A stretch of DNA of 52,603 nt from a virus (lineage: Duplodnaviria; Caudoviricetes): the IMG/VR virus record IMGVR_UViG_3300045855_000012, positions 1-52,603 of that record; one strand, given 5' to 3'. Position 1 is the first letter of the stretch; every line of letters starts with the position of its first letter. Both the position numbers and the translations under genes were made by a program. The notes beneath the pieces were generated by a model. The model made no database searches, was not told the origin of the DNA, and worked only from the letters and a program-made list of their open reading frames with translations. Of the stretch, positions 8,277-17,931 are shown in pieces.

Positions 8277-9044
8277 CTATTTCTGCAAGAACATCTCAAT
8301 TTCTTTGTCAGTGTAACACTTGGGGTCAAGTTCCGAGTAAACGGTGTTAGCTGACAAACCAACCCACTGACACTTCTCGGCTATCTCCCTTGCTTCACGC
8401 CATTTGTCACGATCTAGCCAAATGGTGATGAACTCGTAAGGCTCCGTGCCGTCGCTCTGGCGGCCCTTCAGAGCGATTATTTTGTGAGCTGGTACGTTGG
8501 TGCCAAGTGCAGGCATTGCATCGCACTGAGAGGCTATACGGATGGCTGACAGGGCATCTTCAGTGATTACCAACCGCCTTCTATGCTGCCCAGTGGTACT
8601 TTTGTAGATCGGAGAAACTTCGCTGGTGGAACCTTGGTTAAAGTACTTGGCTTTAGCTGCCCGGTCAGGGTCAAAGTTACGGGCTTGTATGCAACGGGTT
8701 TGGCCTTCCTTGTCTTTGTATTCATAGATGAGTTGGTTGAAGTATAGGGAGTACTGGAGGCCACGTTGTATAGCTGTTGGAATTGATACATCAAACTTTG
8801 CGAGGTACTCGACACAGGCTGCTGAAAAATCATGTCCGCAGTCTCTTGGGGTGTGTAATGCTGGGTCGCTGCACTCTGTGTCGTCCAAGTGTTCATTGAG
8901 CCGTTCAGTGACGAATCCTGAAAGGCTACCTCTGCCTGACTTACGGCAACCGAAGCAGAACCACCCACCATCGGAGTAGTTGGCCCTGTTGTCTCTGGAA
9001 CCACAGTAGTTGCAAGGCCCGTGGCCGACGAATTTGTTGGCAAT
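8277..9044 (-). CDS. DNA primase (Zn ribbon + TOPRIM)
   Basis: In-frame extension of track ORF 8277..8888 gives HGPCNYCGSRDNRANYSDGGWFCFGC; TOPRIM LVITED..SAI, IWLDRD; ATT start after AAGGAG. Confidence 0.9.
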   Translation of the reverse strand: MANKFVGHGPCNYCGSRDNRANYSDGGWFCFGCRKSGRGSLSGFVTERLNEHLDDTECSDPALHTPRDCGHDFSAACVEYLAKFDVSIPTAIQRGLQYSLYFNQLIYEYKDKEGQTRCIQARNFDPDRAAKAKYFNQGSTSEVSPIYKSTTGQHRRRLVITEDALSAIRIASQCDAMPALGTNVPAHKIIALKGRQSDGTEPYEFITIWLDRDKWREAREIAEKCQWVGLSANTVYSELDPKCYTDKEIEMFLQK

Positions 9045-9055
9045 TTTAGTTCTCC

Positions 9056-9232
9056 TTAGTTTGATAGACCGTCTTCGTCGTCACCTTCTTCATACTCACT
9101 CTCGGTGTACTTCACATCATCAGCAATAGTGTTGAAGCATTTGTTACACAAGTCCACATAGGTATTGGAATTGGTAAACTTACGAGTGGATTCCTGAGTA
9201 GTCAAGATAACATTACAAGCATTACAGCGCAT
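9056..9232 (-). CDS. Small Zn-finger protein with acidic tail, 58 aa
   Basis: MRCNACN...DLCNKC...EYEEGDDED; GGAG upstream; not in track. Confidence 0.7.
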   Translation of the reverse strand: MRCNACNVILTTQESTRKFTNSNTYVDLCNKCFNTIADDVKYTESEYEEGDDEDGLSN

Positions 9233-9917
9233 TTTCTTCTTCCTTTTGGTTAATTTGTTCAGCAGTCATATTCTCACACCACGCCATTACACCACAATTA
9301 TGCACTGTAGTGCCACTATAGTTGTCCAACTCACTGTTGTAACCTGCACTATAGTACGTCCAGTACTTCTGGAACTCCTCTGGTACATCAAACTTCCAGC
9401 TCTTAGCAAGAGTAAAGCCACGGTCATAGATCGCACGGTCTGCTTGAGCGTGTTTGCTAGTCAAAGCATCCTCAAAATTCTTGAACTTCTTGTCACCATT
9501 CGAGATACGGATGATGTAAGACACCAGAGAGATGAGATATGTCTGGTTGAAGTAGTAACGTGGGACGAACATCAGGATGTTACCATCCACAACCTCCATT
9601 GTCAAGGGGAAGTCAGGCTTTTCAGCATTAATACAACATGCAATATTGTGCATAAACACATCAATGTCAGTGACATGGTACAAGCGTAGCCACACACCAT
9701 CGTCATTTAGCTTCATGTCATGGTTGTTAAGACCGTAAGCTATGACATGTTTACCATGATAACGTGCTACCACATCATTCAGGTAATCCTTACACATGAA
9801 CCGTCCTGTCTGTGGCAGGAATGTATCACCATCACGGTAGTACACTTGCCAACGCAGCGAGTTAGACTGAGGTGCTTCGCTGTAATGATACTGTGGGTCA
9901 GCTTCAAACTTATACAT
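9222..9917 (-). CDS. Hypothetical protein of the amidoligase cluster
   Basis: Start MYKFEAD overlaps the end of the ATP-grasp gene. Confidence 0.7.
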   Translation of the reverse strand: MYKFEADPQYHYSEAPQSNSLRWQVYYRDGDTFLPQTGRFMCKDYLNDVVARYHGKHVIAYGLNNHDMKLNDDGVWLRLYHVTDIDVFMHNIACCINAEKPDFPLTMEVVDGNILMFVPRYYFNQTYLISLVSYIIRISNGDKKFKNFEDALTSKHAQADRAIYDRGFTLAKSWKFDVPEEFQKYWTYYSAGYNSELDNYSGTTVHNCGVMAWCENMTAEQINQKEEENAL

Positions 9918-10605
9918 TTTGGGTGATTCCTTGGACGTATTTTTCAATGTTGCTACCAGTGATGCCGGGCGCACTGTTAACTTCAATGATGAAAAGGTCG
10001 TCGTTCCTCTCATTATATCCAATATCGACGCCACGGAAGTCCGACGTGCTAACTTTTGCCGCTGCAAGAGCAAGTTCACGTAGTCCGGCTGGCTCGTTCT
10101 CCACCTGTTGACAGAATATGTAGCCATTTGCAAGGTTCCTTACTTTAGTATCACGTTGATCGGTCCAGCCTGTCTTCTTACGCTTCTCCACCACAGACAC
10201 CACAGTGTCCTTGAATACATGCACACGAAACTCACGTTTCTTCTTCTTGTACATTGTGTACACAGGACAGGGCTGGAAATCTTCCATAGTTTCCATGATG
10301 ACAATGCCCTTACCGCAACTGCTGTTCAGGTACTTACGACCAAACACTGTCTTACCACTAGCAATCCACGCTTGGGCCATCTCAGGTGACTGTGTGAACT
10401 CCAAGGATGATAGACCTTGTGACGCGAACCAAACATATTGAGCAATCTTATTCACAGAATGCCCATAGCGGTACTGAATACGGCGTGTAGACAGCTTTGT
10501 AGTGCGAAGCACCCTATGCCCTAGCCGTTGCGTTAACGCACCAGCAAGGAGCTTTAGAGAGGCAGAGAACCGTGTAGATTCAGTGCAGAGCAAGGACAGT
10601 TTCAT
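9910..10605 (-). CDS. ATP-grasp (RimK-like) ligase
   Basis: SSCGKGI, REFRVHV, GVDIG, IIEVNSAPG. Confidence 0.85.
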   Translation of the reverse strand: MKLSLLCTESTRFSASLKLLAGALTQRLGHRVLRTTKLSTRRIQYRYGHSVNKIAQYVWFASQGLSSLEFTQSPEMAQAWIASGKTVFGRKYLNSSCGKGIVIMETMEDFQPCPVYTMYKKKKREFRVHVFKDTVVSVVEKRKKTGWTDQRDTKVRNLANGYIFCQQVENEPAGLRELALAAAKVSTSDFRGVDIGYNERNDDLFIIEVNSAPGITGSNIEKYVQGITQNV

Positions 10606-11746
10606 GCTTAACTCGCTTAGATGGGGTTACTTTCTTTAGATCACCTAGCCGGATTGTAACCATGCCAGTAGCTTTGTCATATTCCATGTCCGTTACACGG
10701 CCATAATACAGACAATTCAAGAAGGATTCCTTAGGATGCAATTCATTCAGATCAAACTCTGCTTGAACCACATGGTCAAAGGTAAACTCTTCAATGTCTC
10801 CCATGAGGAGAACATCAGATGCACCTTGTGCTATTGTTTTAGGAAAATCTTTCTCGATGAAGTCATCAGCCCAGAAGTCTGTTAACGCACCGAACCAACG
10901 CTTTTTTGCTGCTTTGAAAGCGTTCTTGCTCATCCGATTAGTCCCACCACGTTTGCCCTGTCCAGCCACCGTGGAGGCGGTCTTCCAATTGCCAGTTACC
11001 GTATTGGTAACTGGAATAGCTTTTTTTGGCATGTAACTGACAACCTCCACTTTGTTAGTGTCAAGATCAATCTTGTACAGAGTGTTCTCTTTCACAACAA
11101 CAGGCTCGTGGCCTTTAAGTGTTACACCATTACGCCCAAGTATCCAGTACAACAAGCCCATCTCAGATGCCCAGAAGAACCCTTCAGGAGTGTCTACAAA
11201 GCTCATAGGACGCTGATCGTTGCGGAGTAGATAGACCTGATGGTTATTCTGACTATACGCAGCAATGGCGTATGCACCCTTGACCTTACCGATAGCTTCC
11301 TCAAAGGCAGCCAAGTCCCAATCACCATTGAGTACTGGCTCAAGGTGAATGGCAAGAGCTTCACTATCCACCACAGTATCAGCTAACTCCTTGTGATTGG
11401 TTAACGTACCATTATGTACCATAGCAAACTCACCCTTGACGACGAATGGGTGAGCATTCTCGTCAGAGCCAATGCCAATAGTCTTCTTACGATTGTGTCC
11501 AATCAAAGCCTTACCGCGAGGGTACATAGCCTTACCAAGGTCAGACATTTGAATCTGATCTAGTACATAAGGAGCAGCATAGCCTTCCTTCATGATGCCG
11601 AAACCAGCAGTGTTCTCCACCATAATTACACCAGTGGAGTCATCTCCACGCAGCGTATCACAGAACAACATTTGATAGAAAGACTCCTCAGTCTTCTTAT
11701 CAAACCCAAAGTTACCACGAGGTACAACCCCAACAATTCCACACAT
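10580..11746 (-). CDS. Class II (Ntn) glutamine amidotransferase domain protein
   Basis: MCGIVG, RGDDSTG, GHNR, NAHPF, HNGT, DSE. Confidence 0.9.
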   Translation of the reverse strand: MCGIVGVVPRGNFGFDKKTEESFYQMLFCDTLRGDDSTGVIMVENTAGFGIMKEGYAAPYVLDQIQMSDLGKAMYPRGKALIGHNRKKTIGIGSDENAHPFVVKGEFAMVHNGTLTNHKELADTVVDSEALAIHLEPVLNGDWDLAAFEEAIGKVKGAYAIAAYSQNNHQVYLLRNDQRPMSFVDTPEGFFWASEMGLLYWILGRNGVTLKGHEPVVVKENTLYKIDLDTNKVEVVSYMPKKAIPVTNTVTGNWKTASTVAGQGKRGGTNRMSKNAFKAAKKRWFGALTDFWADDFIEKDFPKTIAQGASDVLLMGDIEEFTFDHVVQAEFDLNELHPKESFLNCLYYGRVTDMEYDKATGMVTIRLGDLKKVTPSKRVKHETVLALH

Positions 11747-12513
11747 TAGATCACCGCCAGTTTCAGGTCAAGGATTTGGTTGGTCATAAGACTGCGAACC
11801 AAGGTATAGTCATTGCTCAAACGAGAGCAGCCAAAAATCTTACCAAAGAGCATCTTGATGTTGTCCTCTTGTAAGAGGGTTGAATCAAGTGGAGCTTCCT
11901 TGGCAGTAGCCAACAAGTTACGGATGATGAGCAGCCATTCATCCATCAACACATCATCAGCATGACCATGCATATGACGGAACTCAATCGTACCCTGCTT
12001 GGTCAGGGGCTTGAGATTAAGTGCCGTGTACTTGTGCCAACGACTAATCATGTTGGATATACTACCACTATAAATACTAGGCAGATAAGTCTCTGTCAAG
12101 GGTGTGCAGTGAATGTTATCACGACGATCAGGAGCACACATCAAGAAGAAGGCTTCCTCAAACAAGGCATACAACCATACAGTATCCCGTACTTCCTTGA
12201 GCTTCATGTTAGCGCAGTTAGCATGGACATGAATGGATGTACGCTGAGAGAACGGGTCGAATGTGCCTGTGCTGATAGTCCCATGCAACTTCTTGAACAT
12301 AGTAGAAGCAACAGGGATGGACACAGGATTACTGATGTACTCGTGTCCGTTGTTACGCAACGAACCATCAGTAGTTACGCGCCAGCCTAATTGCTCTGCT
12401 CGTCCATGATCGGTGATGGCCTCAATCTCACACTCGATGCCAACGAATTGCCCAGCGGTAGGATCACGCAGTGCATCAATGTGTATCTCACAACCCAATT
12501 CATCCCAAATCAT
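11746..12513 (-). CDS. Putative amidoligase
   Basis: GIECEIE, TDGSLR..GHEYIS, SIHVH, KYTALN, GTIEFRH. Confidence 0.85.
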   Translation of the reverse strand: MIWDELGCEIHIDALRDPTAGQFVGIECEIEAITDHGRAEQLGWRVTTDGSLRNNGHEYISNPVSIPVASTMFKKLHGTISTGTFDPFSQRTSIHVHANCANMKLKEVRDTVWLYALFEEAFFLMCAPDRRDNIHCTPLTETYLPSIYSGSISNMISRWHKYTALNLKPLTKQGTIEFRHMHGHADDVLMDEWLLIIRNLLATAKEAPLDSTLLQEDNIKMLFGKIFGCSRLSNDYTLVRSLMTNQILDLKLAVI

Positions 12514-13106
12514 ACTAACACCTCATAATGTTCATTGTGGTCAACCATGTGCTGCATAATTTCCGGCAGGAAAATCTTATGCATCATACTGATACGCTTG
12601 GTAGTGTAATCAAACATAGCAATAGTTCGATTGTCAATCAGAATTTTACCTGACCGTAGATAAGACATACGTGGACTCAACGCAATGGCCTTGGTCTTAG
12701 CCTTGGTGTTGAACGCATTGCTGAACGATGAGTAGCTAGGCTTACCGACAAAAGCCTTGAGAGCAGGGAATCCAACATCAACTGCTGTACCTGTAGCTAC
12801 ATTGGTAATCATCGTGTTGTCAGAGCACAGACCACGACGATACTGCCGAGCAGGAATACGCTGCAACAGATAGACAGAATCTTTCCACTGAAACGTTGCC
12901 TTGTGTGGCAGGATGAAGTTCACAGTGTAAGGAGCAGCATCACTGAGATACATCTCAAACGCTGTGTTGTCCTCGTCAACACCACTGATACCATCAGGAC
13001 GTACCTGATGAATCATGAACAGCTTGTCACCAAACTCAGAGAACTTTACATAAGTACCCTCATAGTACTTCTGTATGTCTCGCCAATTGCTTGACGTAAA
13101 ATCCAT
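12510..13106 (-). CDS. Hypothetical protein of the amidoligase cluster
   Basis: 198-aa ORF packed in the operon. Confidence 0.75.
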   Translation of the reverse strand: MDFTSSNWRDIQKYYEGTYVKFSEFGDKLFMIHQVRPDGISGVDEDNTAFEMYLSDAAPYTVNFILPHKATFQWKDSVYLLQRIPARQYRRGLCSDNTMITNVATGTAVDVGFPALKAFVGKPSYSSFSNAFNTKAKTKAIALSPRMSYLRSGKILIDNRTIAMFDYTTKRISMMHKIFLPEIMQHMVDHNEHYEVLV

Positions 13107-13862
13107 TTAGATCACCTCCAAGTTAAACTCATCGACCAACGAACGAGCAACAGATTTGTTGTTGTTGTTGATGGCTTCAAGAATGGACTCAGCATACACA
13201 GACACATCCCACGTACCAGCAGTAGCCTCAGCACGAGTGGTGTTACGGAACACCCAATCAATCAAGCGATCTTCAAAAATCCAGAAGTTCGACAGAGTAC
13301 GGTACTCCACACCATAACTCTTTACTCGGTGTGCTCCGGCTTTTCCATACAGTTGTTTACGATCTTCACCACTATCCATAAGTACACTAGCCACGCCAAG
13401 AAACAAATCACAGTTGCGTACCACATCGGTGGCATCTTTGGCAGTTTCGATGTGAATATGGCCGCCAGCACTACGCATAAAAGGATGCGGAGGCTGTGGT
13501 TTCTGGTTAGTTTTGTTAGTCCAAGCATCATAGTCAGGCTCACATCCAAATATATGGGCAGCAGGGTGCTGCATTTGATCTTCAGGGAAGACAATACAAG
13601 ACAACTTACTGAATGACAAGTTTGGCAGATACTCCAGACTCTTAGCCATCACAGCGTTGATAGACCCTATGAGTTCTTCACTGGTGGATGCTGGGGGAAT
13701 GCCATACTCAAGGGATACGTTGTCCTCTTGCAGTGTATAGCCAGCAGGCATGTCAGGAATCTGCAAAGGATTCCACTTATCAGCCATGATGTAACCAATG
13801 GCGCTGATGGGTTTACCATTAACGTCAACCAAAAAAGTCTCGGGGTCGCTACCAATACGCAT
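13107..13862 (-). CDS. phiEco32-like COOH-NH2 ligase type 2
   Basis: IGSDPETFL, QEDNVSLEY, FGCEPD, RSAGGHIH, YGVEYRTLSNFW. Confidence 0.88.
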   Translation of the reverse strand: MRIGSDPETFLVDVNGKPISAIGYIMADKWNPLQIPDMPAGYTLQEDNVSLEYGIPPASTSEELIGSINAVMAKSLEYLPNLSFSKLSCIVFPEDQMQHPAAHIFGCEPDYDAWTNKTNQKPQPPHPFMRSAGGHIHIETAKDATDVVRNCDLFLGVASVLMDSGEDRKQLYGKAGAHRVKSYGVEYRTLSNFWIFEDRLIDWVFRNTTRAEATAGTWDVSVYAESILEAINNNNKSVARSLVDEFNLEVI

Positions 13863-13875
13863 AATATTCTCCTAG

Positions 13876-14538
13876 TTAATAAGCAATGTCAACCAACTCA
13901 AGGATGTATTCACGAATCAAATCGTTGCAATACAAGGCAAACTCATGGTCATTGTTAACCCATTCAGGATGACCCTGAATAGCAAGACCACGAATATCAG
14001 GGAACCAACATACCTCAACCTCAGGCTTACCTGTCATGTCCACCTCATTATCTGTACCATCCAAGTAAGTATCAGATAGGTGATGTGTAGCAGTAGCCAG
14101 CACCTTACAGTTCACATCATATGGGTACATCAACTGATGGTGTGCTGATGTAGTGGTGATGAGTTCACCATGATGTGTAAGCATAGGATGTTGTCCCATG
14201 TTGTGTCCATGCATGTGCTGGATAAGCCAGCCACCAGCAGCACAGCACATCATCTGAGCACCACGGCACACACCAATCATCGGTATCTTGTGTGCCTTGC
14301 AATACTTCATCGCTCCCCATTCAAATAAGTCTCGACCAGATGGACCATTTCCTGCTTGACTGCGACGACTAACACTATGAGAATACAGAGCAGGATGAAT
14401 GTCTGTACCACCCCAGAAGACAACAGCATCGACACCATCAAAGCCCACCTTAGATACGTCTTGTTGCAACGCAAACACATCGTCGAATGGCGACGCACTA
14501 TGACCAACAGGGCAATAGCCCAACGTGAGTTTCTTCAT
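13876..14538 (-). CDS. Class I glutamine amidotransferase / peptidase C26 (gamma-glutamyl hydrolase-like)
   Basis: GGTDIHPALY, GVCRGAQ, HHQ, IQGHPE. Confidence 0.88.
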   Translation of the reverse strand: MKKLTLGYCPVGHSASPFDDVFALQQDVSKVGFDGVDAVVFWGGTDIHPALYSHSVSRRSQAGNGPSGRDLFEWGAMKYCKAHKIPMIGVCRGAQMMCCAAGGWLIQHMHGHNMGQHPMLTHHGELITTTSAHHQLMYPYDVNCKVLATATHHLSDTYLDGTDNEVDMTGKPEVEVCWFPDIRGLAIQGHPEWVNNDHEFALYCNDLIREYILELVDIAY

Positions 14539-14539
14539 A

Positions 14540-14971
14540 CTAACATTCTCCCATAGATTCCAAGATAACAGGCTTGCACTTAACTACCCAATTGGTAGTA
14601 GTGTTGAGTATCTCTGTCCTATCACGAACAGATTGGATACTCAGGATTAGCGGTGGCTCATTCCAATCCACTGTGCCATAGTCATTGTAATGACGACACA
14701 CACCAATGACTTGACACAATCCATATGTAGCCAAATCCTTAGCATCAGCAGGCCATACAGTGTCACCTACTTGGAACTTGCAGTCCGATTGAGCACGACT
14801 TACCTCAGTCACACGATGCCGATAGACCTCAACAGTTAGTCCCATCTTCTCAGCACGAGTAGTCTCGAAGGGAGAAGGCGCGCCAGTGTGGTGAGTGACT
14901 GCGTAGTTCTTTTGTGGTGGATGGATTGGTTTAGCAATCACACGCTTGGTTGCAAAGTATTGTTCAATCAT
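14540..14971 (-). CDS. Hypothetical protein
   Basis: ORF with GGAG upstream. Confidence 0.65.
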   Translation of the reverse strand: MIEQYFATKRVIAKPIHPPQKNYAVTHHTGAPSPFETTRAEKMGLTVEVYRHRVTEVSRAQSDCKFQVGDTVWPADAKDLATYGLCQVIGVCRHYNDYGTVDWNEPPLILSIQSVRDRTEILNTTTNWVVKCKPVILESMGEC

Positions 14972-14989
14972 TTTTTGCTCCGAAAAAAC

Positions 14990-15379
14990 TCATGTTGTTG
15001 TATTCAATTCAGGAAACATCTCAGGGTCTTCGTAGAACATTGGCGCTGTGGAGATAGAGCCAAGAAGGCTCTTTTTACGCACAACTTGTGTTGATTTAGC
15101 AGCAGCATTGATAATGGTGCGCTTCTTCAAATCATTCTCTGCATACTCATTGCGAATAACCTCTACAATACCATTGGCAGGGTCAAGATTGAGTACCAGC
15201 ATAAAGAAACAACTGTATTCCTTCTGCTCAAAGTAATGCTTGAAATGCTTCTCATGTTCCAAGGCATTAGCCTCAGACGAGGGAGCATTGCTGTTATCAC
15301 GCACCGTGATGGCCTTGAGGAGTTCCATTGGACCCCTCTCGTATTTGTCAGAGCAACTATAAAAAAGATATTGTTTCAT
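14990..15379 (-). CDS. Hypothetical protein
   Basis: Adjacent to upstream stop, GGAG upstream. Confidence 0.65.
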   Translation of the reverse strand: MKQYLFYSCSDKYERGPMELLKAITVRDNSNAPSSEANALEHEKHFKHYFEQKEYSCFFMLVLNLDPANGIVEVIRNEYAENDLKKRTIINAAAKSTQVVRKKSLLGSISTAPMFYEDPEMFPELNTTT

Positions 15380-15886
15380 TTAAAACTCCAAGAAGTAAAG
15401 GTCAATTGTGTGGTTAAAGGTATAGTCATCTCGTGGGCCACCACGTTTATTCTTAAACGAGTGTACCTTTTGGATGTTAGGATGATTGCGTAATGCCTTG
15501 TCAAATCCAGCAGTTTCAACAGACAACAGCACATAGAATCCAGAAACTACGAATATATGCTGTGCTCCACCATCCTTATCACGCATTAGTGCTTGTTCTT
15601 TCCATTGTTTGCGAAAGAACTTAACAAAAGAGTCTACCTTTTTGGTATTATTCCAAAAGCCATACATACTTAATGCACCAATAGTAGATGCAGCACAGCA
15701 ATGCCCAATAGAAGATGTAACATGACACAAACGGTGCCCTGTTTCATCATACATATTGAAGCCGCGTGTATACCCATCTTCACCTTTACCAAAGGTAAAC
15801 ACAGGAGCTTTGCGTACACGTTTAACGGTAGTAGCAACAGGTACTGGTATGCCCGGAGGATTAAGAGGATCAAAGGTATTAAGCAT
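15380..15886 (-). CDS. Hypothetical protein
   Basis: Start MLNTFD after GAGG inferred. Confidence 0.6.
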   Translation of the reverse strand: MLNTFDPLNPPGIPVPVATTVKRVRKAPVFTFGKGEDGYTRGFNMYDETGHRLCHVTSSIGHCCAASTIGALSMYGFWNNTKKVDSFVKFFRKQWKEQALMRDKDGGAQHIFVVSGFYVLLSVETAGFDKALRNHPNIQKVHSFKNKRGGPRDDYTFNHTIDLYFLEF

Positions 15887-16103
15887 AGCAGTCCTCACCA
15901 GAACCGATGTTGCTGATAGACCCGATGTACTTGGGCAACGAAGCATCAAAGGCTTGACCAACCATGTGGCCCTGCTCATTGAGGATGTATCCACGTTTCT
16001 TGGCAGCACGAGCACGAGCTACATTAAACGATGGTGTCATAGCACCACTACGACGCGAGTATGTCTTACCATCCTCGGTATGGTCAACCATAGTGAAGTA
16101 CAT
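15879..16103 (-). CDS. Hypothetical early protein
   Basis: AAGGAG SD. Confidence 0.65.
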   Translation of the reverse strand: MYFTMVDHTEDGKTYSRRSGAMTPSFNVARARAAKKRGYILNEQGHMVGQAFDASLPKYIGSISNIGSGEDCYA

Positions 16104-16123
16104 TGCAATCTCCTTCTTACAGT

Positions 16124-16348
16124 TTAAGAATTCACAAGGAGATTGCGCTCCTTAGTTGCGGGTTTGTAAATGCTATTCAAAGTCTCGAACACACCAGTCA
16201 CTTCGTCATAAGACAAGACATTGCTGGTATGGCAGATACGACTGTTACTAACCAAATAACTGGTGTGATCTGTAGGATAGACACTAGCACTATGTCCCAC
16301 CTTGATGAAGTCCACAGTTGTGGGCGTGTAATGAACAGTTTGTTTCAT
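16124..16348 (-). CDS. Hypothetical early protein
   Basis: AAGGAG SD. Confidence 0.7.
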   Translation of the reverse strand: MKQTVHYTPTTVDFIKVGHSASVYPTDHTSYLVSNSRICHTSNVLSYDEVTGVFETLNSIYKPATKERNLLVNS

Positions 16349-16432
16349 GAAATACTCCTTTAGTTACAAGAAAAGATACTATCTAACATTTCGCAGGGAA
16401 CTGGGGGCAAAGCATTGATGTTGGCACAGCCG

Positions 16433-16582
16433 CTACTTAGCACGATAAGGACGACACACATTAGTTGAGCCATGAACTACCCTCCACTTGTAAGATACCA
16501 TCAAACCACGAGACAAGCGTGACTGTGGAAACCACGCATCACGCAAGTCCATGTCGAAAGCAACGTAGTTACCATGCTTCAT
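16433..16582 (-). CDS. Small hypothetical protein, 49 aa
   Basis: ATGA coupling to 16579..16725. Confidence 0.4.
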   Translation of the reverse strand: MKHGNYVAFDMDLRDAWFPQSRLSRGLMVSYKWRVVHGSTNVCRPYRAK

Positions 16583-16725
16583 TTTGTTGCCTTACGCACA
16601 GTTACGTTATTCTTGTGCAATTCAGCACGACGAGCAGCAATAGCGTTCCACATAGACGCATGTTTGCTGGGTTTGTCTGCCCTATTGGTATGGGCAGGGA
16701 CATTTCTTACAGTGTTAGTAGCCAT
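16579..16725 (-). CDS. Small basic early protein, 48 aa
   Basis: GGAG SD, MATNTVRN... Confidence 0.55.
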   Translation of the reverse strand: MATNTVRNVPAHTNRADKPSKHASMWNAIAARRAELHKNNVTVRKATK

Positions 16726-16969
16726 GTTAGCTCCAGTTAAACCTAGTCAAAGCGACTAGCCAAAGCACACTCATAGAATGTGCAGTGGTTAGGTGCTGCT
16801 CAAAGATGTTGATAGACCTTCGATGCCGAAGGCGAGACCTTTTATGCTCAAGGCTATACCCTTACATGAAGATGTACAGTATCCAAGGGATAGCTAATAC
16901 AAACGCGATGATAAAACATTCAACTAACATAGTAAGAGATTTCATATAAACTCCAAGGGGGATAATGTA

Positions 16970-17079
16970 TTTCTAATACTGTTAGAAAACGTATAGAAAA
17001 AAGAAGAACGAAAAAAGGCCCCCGAAGGGGCCACTTAATTAGATTAAATGATTTAAATCAGATTTTCTAATACTGTTAG
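16970..17079. repeat. 16-bp direct repeat TTTCTAATACTGTTAG (16970-16985, 17064-17079)
   Basis: Exact copies on either side of a terminator; first copy extends to palindrome TTTCTAA-N5-TTAGAAA. Confidence 0.8.
17011..17032 (-). terminator. Intrinsic terminator
   Basis: GGCCCC-TTCG-GGGGCC-TTTTTT. Confidence 0.9.
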
Positions 17080-17082
17080 TTT

Positions 17083-17931
17083 TTAGACAAGAGCAGTGTC
17101 ATTGTGTGTAAGGTTAGCATGGCGTGCATGTTTAGTTGACAAGTATGCCTTGTCTGTAATTGCTTGGGCCTGTTCAGCAATAGACGGAGCAGGAGCACGT
17201 ACCATAGCTGGCTTACTTGCTTCCGTTATCTCAACATTGCCGATAGCATCCGTCAATGCTTCAAGGGCTTGGGCATGTTGCAACTCATAAGTTGAAAGCA
17301 TAGATTTTAGTGCCGCTATTGCAGTTGCAAAATCACCCATTTTGTCAGCATCTGCCGTGGTCAATTCAGCCGCTATCTTGACAAGTTTACCTGCTATGCC
17401 TTCTTGTGTATGTGCTGGCTTCTCCACATTTTCAAGCAGCTTTTTGATAGCTGCAACAGTCAAGAGTTGACCATTCTCACACAATGGCAACTTGCCGCAG
17501 TATGCAAAATAACGGGTAACGAACGTCTTAGCTACAGCATAGCTTCCTGCTGCTTTCAAGTCTCCCGCCCACAGTTGCCACTGTTTTTCGATTGTCGCTG
17601 GCTTTGCGCCCTTGTCAGCATGGTATGCCGTAAACACTGGCTTGAAATACTCCACTTCTAGTTCACGAATAGCACTCTTAAGCTCATTTGGAATCGCTTC
17701 ATTTACTGGCGTAACACCTTTGTAACCATCTAGCCGTGGACTGCTAAGAATGTCATTCAGTGCGCTGACTGCGCCTTCTGAAGCTGACTTGTCAGCCTTG
17801 AAAGCCTTGTCAAGTGCACGCAATGCATCTACGGGTGACATAGATTCAAATGTGCTGACAGATTCAGCTTTACCCTTAGAATCTACAAATACAACTGCCG
17901 TAGCAGAAAACGAAATATCAAATTTAGACAT
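17083..17931 (-). CDS. First early gene, Ala/Lys-rich hypothetical protein (282 aa)
   Basis: GGAG SD before MSKFDISF; followed by its own terminator. Confidence 0.8.
   Translation of the reverse strand: MSKFDISFSATAVVFVDSKGKAESVSTFESMSPVDALRALDKAFKADKSASEGAVSALNDILSSPRLDGYKGVTPVNEAIPNELKSAIRELEVEYFKPVFTAYHADKGAKPATIEKQWQLWAGDLKAAGSYAVAKTFVTRYFAYCGKLPLCENGQLLTVAAIKKLLENVEKPAHTQEGIAGKLVKIAAELTTADADKMGDFATAIAALKSMLSTYELQHAQALEALTDAIGNVEITEASKPAMVRAPAPSIAEQAQAITDKAYLSTKHARHANLTHNDTALV

Noticed and set aside
8567-9043. Track ORF MPTNSSATGLA... (158 aa)
   Set aside because: Shadow frame; the primase Zn ribbon is encoded in the frame of 8277..8888
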